Shown here: one piece after another, positions 37,138 to 45,864 of the stretch
Numbering within the stretch: position 1 is the first letter of the stretch
Layout: each line of letters opens with the position of its first letter
Source of the DNA: an uncultured bacterium
GTDB lineage: Bacteria > Arandabacterota > Arandabacteria > Arandabacterales > Arandabacteraceae
DNA: 64,000 bases
Assembly: GCA_964598025.1 (NCBI GenBank)
Contig: CAZRAU010000004.1
Location: 10,006-74,005 of the forward strand
Direction of reading: 5' to 3'
Notes under the pieces: generated by a model
What the model was told of the DNA's origin: nothing
The model's input: the letters and a program-made list of their open reading frames with translations, nothing else
Databases searched by the model: none
Made by a program: the position numbers and the translations under genes

Positions 37138-37549
37138 CTATGTCAGGTGATGCCGCACCCGGTCAGACACGTTGTCGACGATCCAAGCAGGTCGCCGACG
37201 GATCCCAAGTCCAGGCCAGCGACATCACCATTAACGGCACAGTTGCCGATGCCTGCTCTCGCCGTGCCGGCAGCGAGCGCGCCCTCTCGCGGGCGCACCG
37301 CCATCCACATATCAATACAGAGAAAAGGGGGATCTCGCCGTAGTCACGCTCATTGTGCCCAGCCTCCGTCCGGGGGAAGCCGGATGCCGCATAACAACCT
37401 TTGCCGATACACAGGCCGGTTTCCGGCTTCCGATTGGACTATAGCCACGAACGGCAAACCTGCCAAGGGGCTGAAGACATACAAAGGACTACAATCGAGA
37501 GACTGCGCGTGGTAGGATAGGTCCAATCACAAGATATGGAGGGGAGATC

Positions 37550-38095
37550 ATGAACGAGCAACCGGTGCTCGAGACGGAGCGCCTGATTCTCAGACCTTTT
37601 GACGCATCCGATGCCGGTGACGTGCAGCGCCTGGCAGGTGAGCGGGAGATCGCCGACACCACGCTCAATATCCCCCATCCTTACGAGGATGGTATGGCTG
37701 AGGAATGGATTGCCACTCACAAACCCGGGTTCGAAGCGGGGCAGCTCTGCAATTTCGCTGTCACCCTCCGCGACTCAGGGGACCTCATAGGGGCCATCGG
37801 CCTCGTGATTGCGCGCAGATTCGACCATGCGGAACTCGGTTACTGGATAGGGAAGCCTTACTGGAGCAAGGGTTTCTGCACCGAGGCCGGGCGCGCGGTC
37901 ATGGAGTACGGCTTCACGCACCTGGGTCTTAACCGCATACACGCATCACATCTGGCGAGAAATCCGGCATCCGGCCGTGTGATGCGCAAGCTCGGCATGA
38001 GCCAAGAGGGAGTTCGTCGCGGGCATGCCAAGAAATGGGACAAGTATGAAGACCTGATTATCTTCGGCATCCTTAAGGCAGACTGGGAGGAATGA
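37550..38095 (+). CDS. GNAT N-acetyltransferase (RimJ/RimL-like)
   Basis: ERLILRP N-terminus, acetyl-CoA binding region IGAIGLV...GYWIGKPYWSKGFCTEA, and a GGAGG-like RBS. Confidence 0.75.
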   Translation: MNEQPVLETERLILRPFDASDAGDVQRLAGEREIADTTLNIPHPYEDGMAEEWIATHKPGFEAGQLCNFAVTLRDSGDLIGAIGLVIARRFDHAELGYWIGKPYWSKGFCTEAGRAVMEYGFTHLGLNRIHASHLARNPASGRVMRKLGMSQEGVRRGHAKKWDKYEDLIIFGILKADWEE

Positions 38096-38133
38096 CGTAG
38101 TCTCGCCATCCAAGCATCAACTCATTCTCGCCG

Positions 38134-39930
38134 TCACTGGATGTAACCTAGCGCTCGCAGGTCTTTCCTGGTATCTTCTTCCAGCACCGAAGGCACCTCC
38201 GCTCCATACTCATTCTCGCAGTGCCAGATCAGACAGTATGGTGGGGCCGGCCTCGAGGCCGGCCCCGCAGACGAGCCGGCTTTCACGCGTCGAGCAGTCC
38301 TTGCGAACGGCATTTCCAGAGGATGCTTAAGCGACTCGCCGAGATAGGTCCTATCCGGTACGGGTTTGCCGTCCATGCTCACATGAAAAGTGACAGGGAC
38401 CCCCACCGGTATCTCGGCCTTGAAAGCCAGCACAACAGGCTTCGCAGTCCTCAGGCCGCGTATCTCGAGTGCAGAATGCTGTTCCGTTATCGAAGCGACG
38501 TCATGCGATTCCACGATACGCTGCCGGTCATCGAGGAGCTTGTACATATAGATCTTGCCTATCCCACAACGCCGGCGGACAACGGCGCTGAGATCGAAGG
38601 TATGCGACGTTTCCCCGCCTGCCATCTCGACATACCATGTCTCAGACATTGCGAACATGCTCTTGAACAACATGGATTCGAGCAGGGCTTGAGAATCCTG
38701 ATTCTCACCGGCAAGATTGTTCATTTCGCCGGGATCCTGCTCAAGGTTCAGGAGAAGCTCCTTCTCATCGGCTACATCATATATGATTTTCCACTGATGA
38801 GTGGTCAGCGACTTCCTCTCACCGCCCCGTCGTAATCCCTCAGAGTATGCAACTTCAGGCGGGAACATGCCGCCCCCAACCGCAGCGCCCGGCCCCTCCC
38901 CCGTGAGCCACGGCAACAGGCTCCTACCTTCAAATCTGCCGTCGACGTCGACATCCAGAAGATCGAGAATCGTGGGCATTACGTCCACAAGACGTGCTTG
39001 CCCGGACGGGCGCGCACCCTCGGGGAGCACACCCGGGAGAGAGAAGATAAGCGGGACCTTGATGACCTCTTTGAAGAGGGTATGGCCATGGCCGTATCCC
39101 TTGTGTTCGAAGAACTCTTCCCCGTGATCACTCAGGAACACAATCAGGGTCTTATCCTTCAGACCAAGTTCCTCGAGGCCTTGAAGCAGATCGCCGATTG
39201 CCTCATCGGTAAATGCTATTTCACCATCGTACAGGGCCCTTATGTGGTCCCAGTCGGCGGCCGTCTGCTCACCCTCGTTCCTGAAAAGATCTTCTTTCAT
39301 CTCGAGGTACTTGTCACGGTCAAAGGACCTTCCAATCCTCCCCTCATAGTCAGGATCGAAGATCGTATCGTACGGCGCCGGGGGTGAATACGCAAGATGG
39401 GGATCGAAGTAGTGAACAAACATGAAGAAGGGTTCACGCTTATGGAGAACGATCCACTCGAGGGCATCCCTTGTCACTTCGCCGGCAATCCTCTTCACTG
39501 CCGGTGGAGGGGCATCGTAGTGGTCGAACCCCCGGTCCACACCGAATTCGGGGCTCAGAACCGACACGTTGACTATGCCGCATGTCAGGTATCCATTATC
39601 CGAGAGTATATCGGCAAGTGTCGGGAATGTGCTTCGGAGCCGGTTCATATTGATGCCGGCGCCGTGCTGTGTCGGATAGAGTGATGTCAGCACACTCGCA
39701 AATGATGGAAGAGTCCACGGGCACTGGCTGATGGTGTTCTCAAGCAAGACCCCCTGGCCGGCAAGCCGGTCGATGTTGGGGCTTGTGTTTCGCATGTAGC
39801 CGTAACATCCGAGATGATCCGGCCTCAGCGTATCCACGCCGATAAGCAATACGTTGGTTGGCCCGTTATCCCGGCCGCATGCGAGAACAAGCAGACATGC
39901 GGCCATGAGGCACCGGTTGACCGCTTTCAT
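38134..39930 (-). CDS. Membrane-anchored sulfatase-fold protein, paralog 4 (Thr at the formylglycine position) with a C-terminal extension of about 200 aa
   Basis: TM/lipobox, then LLIGVDTLRPDHLGCYGY and a W-T-L-P-S-F motif. The DHGEEFFEH motif is present. Confidence 0.75.
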   Translation of the reverse strand: MKAVNRCLMAACLLVLACGRDNGPTNVLLIGVDTLRPDHLGCYGYMRNTSPNIDRLAGQGVLLENTISQCPWTLPSFASVLTSLYPTQHGAGINMNRLRSTFPTLADILSDNGYLTCGIVNVSVLSPEFGVDRGFDHYDAPPPAVKRIAGEVTRDALEWIVLHKREPFFMFVHYFDPHLAYSPPAPYDTIFDPDYEGRIGRSFDRDKYLEMKEDLFRNEGEQTAADWDHIRALYDGEIAFTDEAIGDLLQGLEELGLKDKTLIVFLSDHGEEFFEHKGYGHGHTLFKEVIKVPLIFSLPGVLPEGARPSGQARLVDVMPTILDLLDVDVDGRFEGRSLLPWLTGEGPGAAVGGGMFPPEVAYSEGLRRGGERKSLTTHQWKIIYDVADEKELLLNLEQDPGEMNNLAGENQDSQALLESMLFKSMFAMSETWYVEMAGGETSHTFDLSAVVRRRCGIGKIYMYKLLDDRQRIVESHDVASITEQHSALEIRGLRTAKPVVLAFKAEIPVGVPVTFHVSMDGKPVPDRTYLGESLKHPLEMPFARTARRVKAGSSAGPASRPAPPYCLIWHCENEYGAEVPSVLEEDTRKDLRALGYIQ

Positions 39931-40034
39931 TGCGTGCCCCTTCTGCAGTGCAGTCCGCCGCCATACATCGTGCTGTTCCGGGTGCCTGGAAATACCAGGT
40001 AAACAGATTCCGGATCTCCACCCAAGGCTAAGTC

Positions 40035-40346
40035 TTGGCATTTGTCCTGTCAACCGCGAACCGGTTCCTGCGTGACCATGGCGAGGGTTTCGACGATCAT
40101 GGCGGCTTCGGACACGGCCACAGCCTTTACGATGAGCTGACTACGGCTCCTCTGATGCTCTCACTTCCCGGAGTGCTTCCGCTGAATGCGAGACCGGCAC
40201 GACAGGTGCGGCGCATCGAGGTGGCTCCGGAGAAGGCGGATGGTCTTGACCCGCCTGAGCAGATGCTGTTCACGACCCTCTTCGGAACATCTCAAACCTG
40301 GTATGTGAGACCGGCCTTTGCGCCGAACCGCACAGGTCCGGGCTGA
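40035..40346 (+). pseudogene. Inverted, internally deleted fragment of a sulfatase-fold gene (partial duplicate of paralog 4)
   Basis: DHGEGFDDHGGFGHGHSLYDELTTAPLMLSLPGVLPLNARPARQ aligns to DHGEEFFEHKGYGHGHTLFKEVIKVPLIFSLPGVLPEGARPSGQ of the neighbouring gene. The tail EQMLFTTLFGTSQTWYV aligns to ESMLFKSMFAMSETWYV. The N-terminal catalytic half is missing. Confidence 0.5.
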
Positions 40347-40404
40347 AGACAAGCGAGGGGCGAGGTCTTTCAATACTCAACAGAAAGCGGGAGGACACAT
40401 GGCC

Positions 40405-43203
40405 TTATCTGATCAGAACGATCTTGCTGGTCCGGGTCCCCCCGGCCGAGGCCAGTCTGCAGAAATAGACACCCGGCGGGCTCCGGCGTCCGATCAGATC
40501 TCTTCCATTCCAGGTAGCGCTGTGCCGGCCGGGGGTTCCGGCATCATCCACGAGTGTCGCCACCTTCCTTCCCAAGGGTGAGAACACCTCCAGCGTGACG
40601 GGTCCCGCCCGGGCGATGGTATATGGAATCGTGGTGCCGGTGGAGAAAGGATTAGGCCGGTTCAGACCCAGCTCTACCTGCCGTGCCCCACCATCGTCCC
40701 GGCCGTTGCCCACCGGCCGCCAACCGCCGACCTCGAGGCTTGATGCCCGGTGAGGAGCGTGTTCCATCTTGATCAACAGAAGGTGTGCAGCCTCGTCATA
40801 GAAGTAACCCTCTCCCCCGGCCATGAGGGCGCTCTCCGTGGGGCTCGCAAGCAGGGTGAGAGAGTCCCGGCGGACCCAGCCGGGAGGGCACCCCGCGAGA
40901 TGGACCATGGTGAGAATCGTCCTGGCTTCGGGGATGCCGGAGAAGCCGCCTTCGGCGCCGCCGATATCCAGATAGAGTGTTGTATCGGTATTGCCGTAGA
41001 GCACTTCCTGGGCGAACAAGGTTGTGGCATACTTCCCCGTTTCATAATCACGGCTGAGGCCGTCATCTTCATAAAGCCTGAAGGTCTCCCGCCGGCTGTC
41101 GTCCGGTGGATAGACATGCAGAATCAGCGTATCCAGGGGCGTCTCGTCGACATAGTCCATCACCGGTTGCATCGGCAGTAGCGCGCCGGCGCGAACGAAC
41201 ACCGGAATACGGTCGAGTGGTGCGTCCGCCATTATGCTCTCAGGGCCCGCGTAAAGACTGTCCGTCCAGAAATCCACCCAGTGCCCTCGAGGCAGATAGA
41301 CCTCCCTGGCCGTAATCCCCGCCTCGATTACAGGGGCCACCAGGATGTCGGGCCCAAACAGGAAGGCATCGGAAAGGTCTGCGAGACTTGGGTCGTCAGG
41401 ATCGTGAAAGAAGAGCGGACGAGCAATCGGCATGCCGGTCGTGTGATTCTCCCAGGCGAGCGAGTAGATGTAGGGCATCAGCCTGTAGCGAAGCCGTATG
41501 AATTCGACGGCTATCTCCTCGGCTTCTATCCCATGCGCCCAGGGTTCCGTCCCCTGATTGTCACCACCGTGGGCCCGCATCACCGGGTTGAAGGCCCCGA
41601 ATTGCATCCAGCGGGCATAGAGTTCGGGAGACGTCCATCCGGTGAACCCGCCGAGATCGGAGCTGTGGTAGCTTAATCCGGACAGTGACATATTGAGCAT
41701 TATCGGGACCTGGACGGCAAGCCCCCCGAAACTCCGGGATACATCTCCCGACCAGGTGAAGACCCCATAGCGTTGTATTCCGGCGTAACCCGACCTTGTG
41801 AGATTGAAAACGCGCTCGCCGGGCCGGTCGGCTGAGAAGCCATCGAATATGGTTTTCGCCCACAATAGGTTATACACATTGTGGACCTCTTCGGCGCTGC
41901 CGGCATAATGGTCCATGTCCCAGGGGTGGCGCTCCGGCTCGCCGAGATCGGTCCAGAAACCCGCGACCCCACCGCTGAGAAGTCCCTTATCGCGATCCCA
42001 GAGCCATATGCGGGCATCCGGATTGGTGACATCTAGAAGCACCGCGTCGCAGCCACACGACCACCAGCCGTCGAGTATATATGCTTCATCCAGCCAGTTC
42101 CGGCCGACAAGGTCTCTGTGCCCCGTGGTGAGATCGTGGTAGTACCTCGAATACTCATTGAAATAAGGCTGGTTGATAAGAACGGTCTTGAAACCGAGGT
42201 CGAGGAAGTCCGCGACCATACCCGGTGGATTGGGAAAGGCCTGGACGTCCCATGCAAGATCCCCCATGTTTTCGAACCAGTAGAGGTCGAGGACAACGGC
42301 ATCGGCGGGAATCCCCCGGGCCCGCATCGTCCTTACCATGGTCTCGGCTTCCCCACGGGTCCTGTATCCGTATTTCGATTGAAGATACCCTAACGCCCAC
42401 TTCGGCGGCATGGGCTGTCTGCCTGTGAGCCACGTGTACCTCTCCAGTTGGCCTGGAACCGTCGGGGCGGCAAGCAGGAAGTAGGAAAGCCCGTTTGCAC
42501 TCTGCTCGTAGAAGAACAGCCCGTTATCCGTCCGGCCCAGATCAAAGCCGCCGGGCAGGGACGTGTCGAAATAGAGGGCATACCCTCGTGAAGTCGCCAG
42601 AAACGGCACGTTTATTTTCATGGTTTCCACCGGACCACCGTACCCATAGACCTGAGTGTTATACATCCAGAAGCTGTGGCCCCTCAGATCGATTCCGATG
42701 CCTCGCTCACCGGTCCCATACAGATGAAGGTCGTACGGAAGCACAAAGCGCGCTCTGGACAGGCCGCCCAGACCCTCCAGACCCCCGCCGTCGGGCTCGG
42801 CCAGGAGTTCCCAACCCACAGCATCGAAATAGGAAACGCGGAGAGGACGCTTGTCCATATGGATGACGATCTCAGAAGTCAGCACTTCAAGTGCGGTATC
42901 GGTGTCGCGGACTTCGAACTCAACGCCGGGATCAGGGTGCCTGACGACGACAAACCCCGTATCGGGCGCCGGTGACCCGAGCGGCATGAAATCGAGCCTC
43001 ACGACATCCGGGGCATAGAAGGTCAACAGCACGGTGTCGCCTCCCGCCACAACCCTGACCCCCGCCGGCATGACCTCGTGCCCTGAGTAGTCGCCGACCT
43101 GACCGAGGCATGCGGCGGATACCGATATGCAGATGATGAATACGGCAGCCGCCAGAAGAGCGGCCTCTGAACGCCTCGCGTCACCATGTATCCGATTCGC
43201 CAT
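40405..43203 (-). CDS. Glycoside hydrolase family 31 (alpha-glucosidase/xylosidase-like) with a T9SS C-terminal sorting domain
   Basis: Signal peptide. The GH31 catalytic region AGFWTDLGEP aligns to WxDMNE. The C-terminus PVTLEVFSPLGRKVATL...ATWNGRDLIGRRSPPGVYFCRL...KIVLIR is a Por_Secre_tail. Confidence 0.8.
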   Translation of the reverse strand: MANRIHGDARRSEAALLAAAVFIICISVSAACLGQVGDYSGHEVMPAGVRVVAGGDTVLLTFYAPDVVRLDFMPLGSPAPDTGFVVVRHPDPGVEFEVRDTDTALEVLTSEIVIHMDKRPLRVSYFDAVGWELLAEPDGGGLEGLGGLSRARFVLPYDLHLYGTGERGIGIDLRGHSFWMYNTQVYGYGGPVETMKINVPFLATSRGYALYFDTSLPGGFDLGRTDNGLFFYEQSANGLSYFLLAAPTVPGQLERYTWLTGRQPMPPKWALGYLQSKYGYRTRGEAETMVRTMRARGIPADAVVLDLYWFENMGDLAWDVQAFPNPPGMVADFLDLGFKTVLINQPYFNEYSRYYHDLTTGHRDLVGRNWLDEAYILDGWWSCGCDAVLLDVTNPDARIWLWDRDKGLLSGGVAGFWTDLGEPERHPWDMDHYAGSAEEVHNVYNLLWAKTIFDGFSADRPGERVFNLTRSGYAGIQRYGVFTWSGDVSRSFGGLAVQVPIMLNMSLSGLSYHSSDLGGFTGWTSPELYARWMQFGAFNPVMRAHGGDNQGTEPWAHGIEAEEIAVEFIRLRYRLMPYIYSLAWENHTTGMPIARPLFFHDPDDPSLADLSDAFLFGPDILVAPVIEAGITAREVYLPRGHWVDFWTDSLYAGPESIMADAPLDRIPVFVRAGALLPMQPVMDYVDETPLDTLILHVYPPDDSRRETFRLYEDDGLSRDYETGKYATTLFAQEVLYGNTDTTLYLDIGGAEGGFSGIPEARTILTMVHLAGCPPGWVRRDSLTLLASPTESALMAGGEGYFYDEAAHLLLIKMEHAPHRASSLEVGGWRPVGNGRDDGGARQVELGLNRPNPFSTGTTIPYTIARAGPVTLEVFSPLGRKVATLVDDAGTPGRHSATWNGRDLIGRRSPPGVYFCRLASAGGTRTSKIVLIR

Positions 43204-43303
43204 CGCCCTCATCCATCCGCATTCCAGCCTGAATGCAGCCAAGCCATCCTCTCATTTAAGATAACATATGGCGGCCTGGGCTTAAAGCGGTGAACCCTAC
43301 GCT

Positions 43304-43323
43304 GTCGGGCATGGAAACCCGAC
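43304..43323. repeat. REP-like palindromic element, type I variant (GTCGGGCATGGAAACCCGAC)
   Basis: 6-bp stem with an 8-nt loop, preceded by CTACGCT. Related to the elements at 17626, 17730 and 62295. Confidence 0.5.
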
Positions 43324-43337
43324 GTTACACAGACGGG

Positions 43338-43368
43338 AGAGGGCCGTGTCCGCGATTCCGGCACCTCT
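43338..43368. repeat. REP-like element, type II (AGAGGGCCGTGTCCGCGATTCCGGCACCTCT), copy 1
   Basis: Direct repeat. A second copy lies 135 nt downstream. It forms an imperfect hairpin AGAGG-GCCG/CGGC-CCTCT. Confidence 0.5.
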
Positions 43369-43472
43369 GCCCAGGCCGGTCAGGAACGGTCGCATACAAG
43401 GCATGCCGAGGGGTGAGGAGCGAGGCGTATGTTTGCATACGCCGCGGCGAGGAGGGCCGAGCATAACACAGT

Positions 43473-43503
43473 AGAGGGCCGTGTCCGCGATTCCGGCACC
43501 TCT
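43473..43503. repeat. REP-like element, type II, copy 2
   Basis: 31 of 31 nt identical to 43338..43368. A perfect 8-bp hairpin GGCGTATG-TTTG-CATACGCC (43424..43443) lies between the two copies. Confidence 0.5.
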
Positions 43504-43514
43504 ACCCGGGCCTG

Positions 43515-44486
43515 TCAGCCTCGAAAGTCCAGCGTATCCGTAGCCAGATACCTGAACGGCCGTTCGGAGTCAGCCCGGCTGCTCGTATAGCACGCACTGC
43601 AAGTGTTGTTCCGGGTGAAGTTCTCCATCAGGTCGGCCCTGGTCTTATAGGCGGTCATGATCAGCCCGCATGGCGATAGCGTGCCGTCGGGGTTCACCAC
43701 GAGAAAACGGTCGCCGGCCCGGCAATCGGGAATACCTCCATTCTCGAAGAACTCCACTATGTTCCTGAGCACATAATCTGAGGTCCGAATGTTCTTGTTG
43801 GTTCGCTTCAGAGCAATGGTCTCATCCACAAGCTCGCGAAGCTCGGCTACATCGTCCTTTGAGAGGAGCAGTTCCTCCTCGCCGGTTCTCATCGTGGTAT
43901 ATGTGCTGAAATTGACCCGGACCCCCCACTCCCTGCCGAGATCCGCGAACTTCTTCATATCCCTGAAATTGAGTTTCTGGAGGACACAGCTTATATTGAT
44001 GGCCTTGTCCCCATCTGCTTCCAGTGCCTCGACCAGCGATTCTATCCGTTTGAAGAGGCCGGGCAGCTTCCTGAACTCATCATGCCGCTCGTCCGGAAAG
44101 TCAAGAGATATGGAGAAACGATCGACACCCAATTGTCTGAACCTGTCATAACGCTCTTTGGTGAGAAGCCAGCCGTTGGTGGTCATGGCAACATACGGGG
44201 CGCCGCCCGGGACCGCCAAGGCCGAGACCACGTCCTCCACGTCCTTTCGAAGGAGCGGTTCGCCTCCCGAAACAAGGATAGCCAACGGCTTAATCTCCCG
44301 GCATATCTCGCCGAGTCGCTCGGGACTTGCCTGCTCTTCCTCTTCTATGGGAACACCCAGATGGCAATGGCGGCAGCGGGCGTTGCACCTTCGCGTGATC
44401 TCGAAGGATGTACATAGCGGCCCCCTGAAAAGCAACGATCTGAGTCCGCGACCGAGGAGTGCAATGGAGCGCGATGTCGATATCAT
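43515..44486 (-). CDS. Radical SAM enzyme with a partial SPASM/twitch C-terminal domain
   Basis: CNARCRHCH (Cx3Cx2C) motif, SGGEPLL glycine-rich SAM motif, and C-terminal cysteines (IPDC...SPCG...TCSAC). It begins just after the NtrC-type gene ends. The 5' extension of the track ORF overlaps the regulator and was trimmed. Confidence 0.7.
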   Translation of the reverse strand: MISTSRSIALLGRGLRSLLFRGPLCTSFEITRRCNARCRHCHLGVPIEEEEQASPERLGEICREIKPLAILVSGGEPLLRKDVEDVVSALAVPGGAPYVAMTTNGWLLTKERYDRFRQLGVDRFSISLDFPDERHDEFRKLPGLFKRIESLVEALEADGDKAINISCVLQKLNFRDMKKFADLGREWGVRVNFSTYTTMRTGEEELLLSKDDVAELRELVDETIALKRTNKNIRTSDYVLRNIVEFFENGGIPDCRAGDRFLVVNPDGTLSPCGLIMTAYKTRADLMENFTRNNTCSACYTSSRADSERPFRYLATDTLDFRG

Positions 44487-44502
44487 CCGATTGGAGTCCT
44501 TT

Positions 44503-45864
44503 CTAACCGGTTTCCCCCAGTAACCGCTCGAGCTCCTCCGGAGGTATGCCCAGTTCTTCTGCGGCAACGTCTCTGCGGTGGTCGAAGTGCTCGATAGTCT
44601 TCAGCACGTGCTCTCTGATGACTTCACTAAGCTTGCGGGGCGTGAACCCCAACTCAACCGGGGCCTCTTCCCGCCGTATGATTTCCTGAATGTGAAGCGG
44701 CAGGGCTTCAGCGGTGACCGTATCACCCTCCGTGTTCGCGACGGCTCCGGCGATTATAGCTCTGAGCTCCTGCACGTTGGTCGGGAAGCTGTAACCCTTC
44801 AGAGAATCTATGAAGTCGTCCGAGAAGCCCCGGACCTCCCTTCCCACCCGCCGGCTCTCTTCCTTGATAAGCGCGTCCGCGAGCAGCGGGAGATCTCCCC
44901 CCCTGTCCCTCAGAGGCGGCATCCTTATGGAATTCACCATCAGGTGATAGAGAAGATCCCGGGAGAACTTGTCCTTGTACTCCAGGCTAGTCAGATCATG
45001 AGTGGAGGCCACAACCATCCTGACATCGGCCTTTCTGATCTGTGTGGAGTTCTCTCTGTAGTATTCCCCGGTCTCCAAGAACCGCTTGAGGCGCACCTGC
45101 ATGGGTTTCGAGAGGCAATCGATATGATTGAGAAACAACGTCCCATAGTTGGCCTCCTCCAGAAGACCCGGTTGCTCTTCCCTCGATCCGCTCCACGTCT
45201 TGTCCTGTCCGAAGAGAAAGGCCGGAAGACTCTCCGGGTCCTGGCTGTCCACTTCCGCAGCCACAAAGGGCTTGTCCAGGCGTGGGCTGGCTTGATGTAT
45301 GGCCCTGGCAAGCGCCTCCTTGCCCGTTCCACTCTCCCCCCAAATGAAGATTATTAGATCGCTCGAGGCGAGCTTTTCGGCCTGATGGAAGAGACGGATC
45401 ATACCATTGTCTTGAGTCGTGAAGTGGTCGAATGCGTCTTCGTGTTCGAGGTCCTTGCGGGTCAGCTGCTCGGGCAAGGTCTCAATCGTACGGTGCAGCA
45501 AGCTATGCTCCATCGCGTTGTTGAGAACTCCCAGGAGCCTGTCTTCGTCGGCAGGTTTTATGAGGTAGTCGAAGGCGCCCAGTTTCATGGCTTTGACCGC
45601 AAGATCCACATCACTGACGCCGGTCAATACCACCACAGGCGTATCCACTCCCTTCATCCGCAAGTCCTGCATGATATCCATCCCGCTGACATTCGGCATG
45701 TCCATGTCCAGCAAGAGAACATCGAAGGTCTCTTCCTCCATCAGGTCCGCGACATTCCGGGAGTCGTTGACAACGCTGGTTTCAAACAATCCGGTCTGCA
45801 TCAGGAAGACCATCAGGTAGTTGGTCACGGCTGGATCGTCGTCCCCGATAAGGATCTTCTTCAT
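44503..45864 (-). CDS. Sigma-54-dependent response regulator (NtrC family: REC + AAA+ sigma-54 activator + Fis-type HTH)
   Basis: REC domain (LIGDDD, DVLLLDMDMP). GESGTGKE Walker A motif, a GAFTGA-region equivalent and a C-terminal HTH. Overlaps the kinase gene by 4 nt. Confidence 0.85.
   Translation of the reverse strand: MKKILIGDDDPAVTNYLMVFLMQTGLFETSVVNDSRNVADLMEEETFDVLLLDMDMPNVSGMDIMQDLRMKGVDTPVVVLTGVSDVDLAVKAMKLGAFDYLIKPADEDRLLGVLNNAMEHSLLHRTIETLPEQLTRKDLEHEDAFDHFTTQDNGMIRLFHQAEKLASSDLIIFIWGESGTGKEALARAIHQASPRLDKPFVAAEVDSQDPESLPAFLFGQDKTWSGSREEQPGLLEEANYGTLFLNHIDCLSKPMQVRLKRFLETGEYYRENSTQIRKADVRMVVASTHDLTSLEYKDKFSRDLLYHLMVNSIRMPPLRDRGGDLPLLADALIKEESRRVGREVRGFSDDFIDSLKGYSFPTNVQELRAIIAGAVANTEGDTVTAEALPLHIQEIIRREEAPVELGFTPRKLSEVIREHVLKTIEHFDHRRDVAAEELGIPPEELERLLGETG

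Noticed and set aside
43320-43465. 47-codon Cys-containing ORF on the minus strand as a RiPP precursor for the adjacent radical SAM enzyme.
   Set aside because: The ORF is composed almost entirely of the type-I and type-II repeat and hairpin sequences, has no RBS, and has no leader/core organisation. It is more likely a by-product of the repeats.
43515-44486. Radical SAM/SPASM gene as an anaerobic sulfatase-maturating enzyme (anSME) serving the neighbouring sulfatase genes.
   Set aside because: All four sulfatase-fold paralogs have Thr, not Cys/Ser, at the formylglycine position and lack the Arg of the C/S-x-P-x-R recognition motif, so they are not anSME substrates. The rSAM also has fewer SPASM cysteines than anSME.
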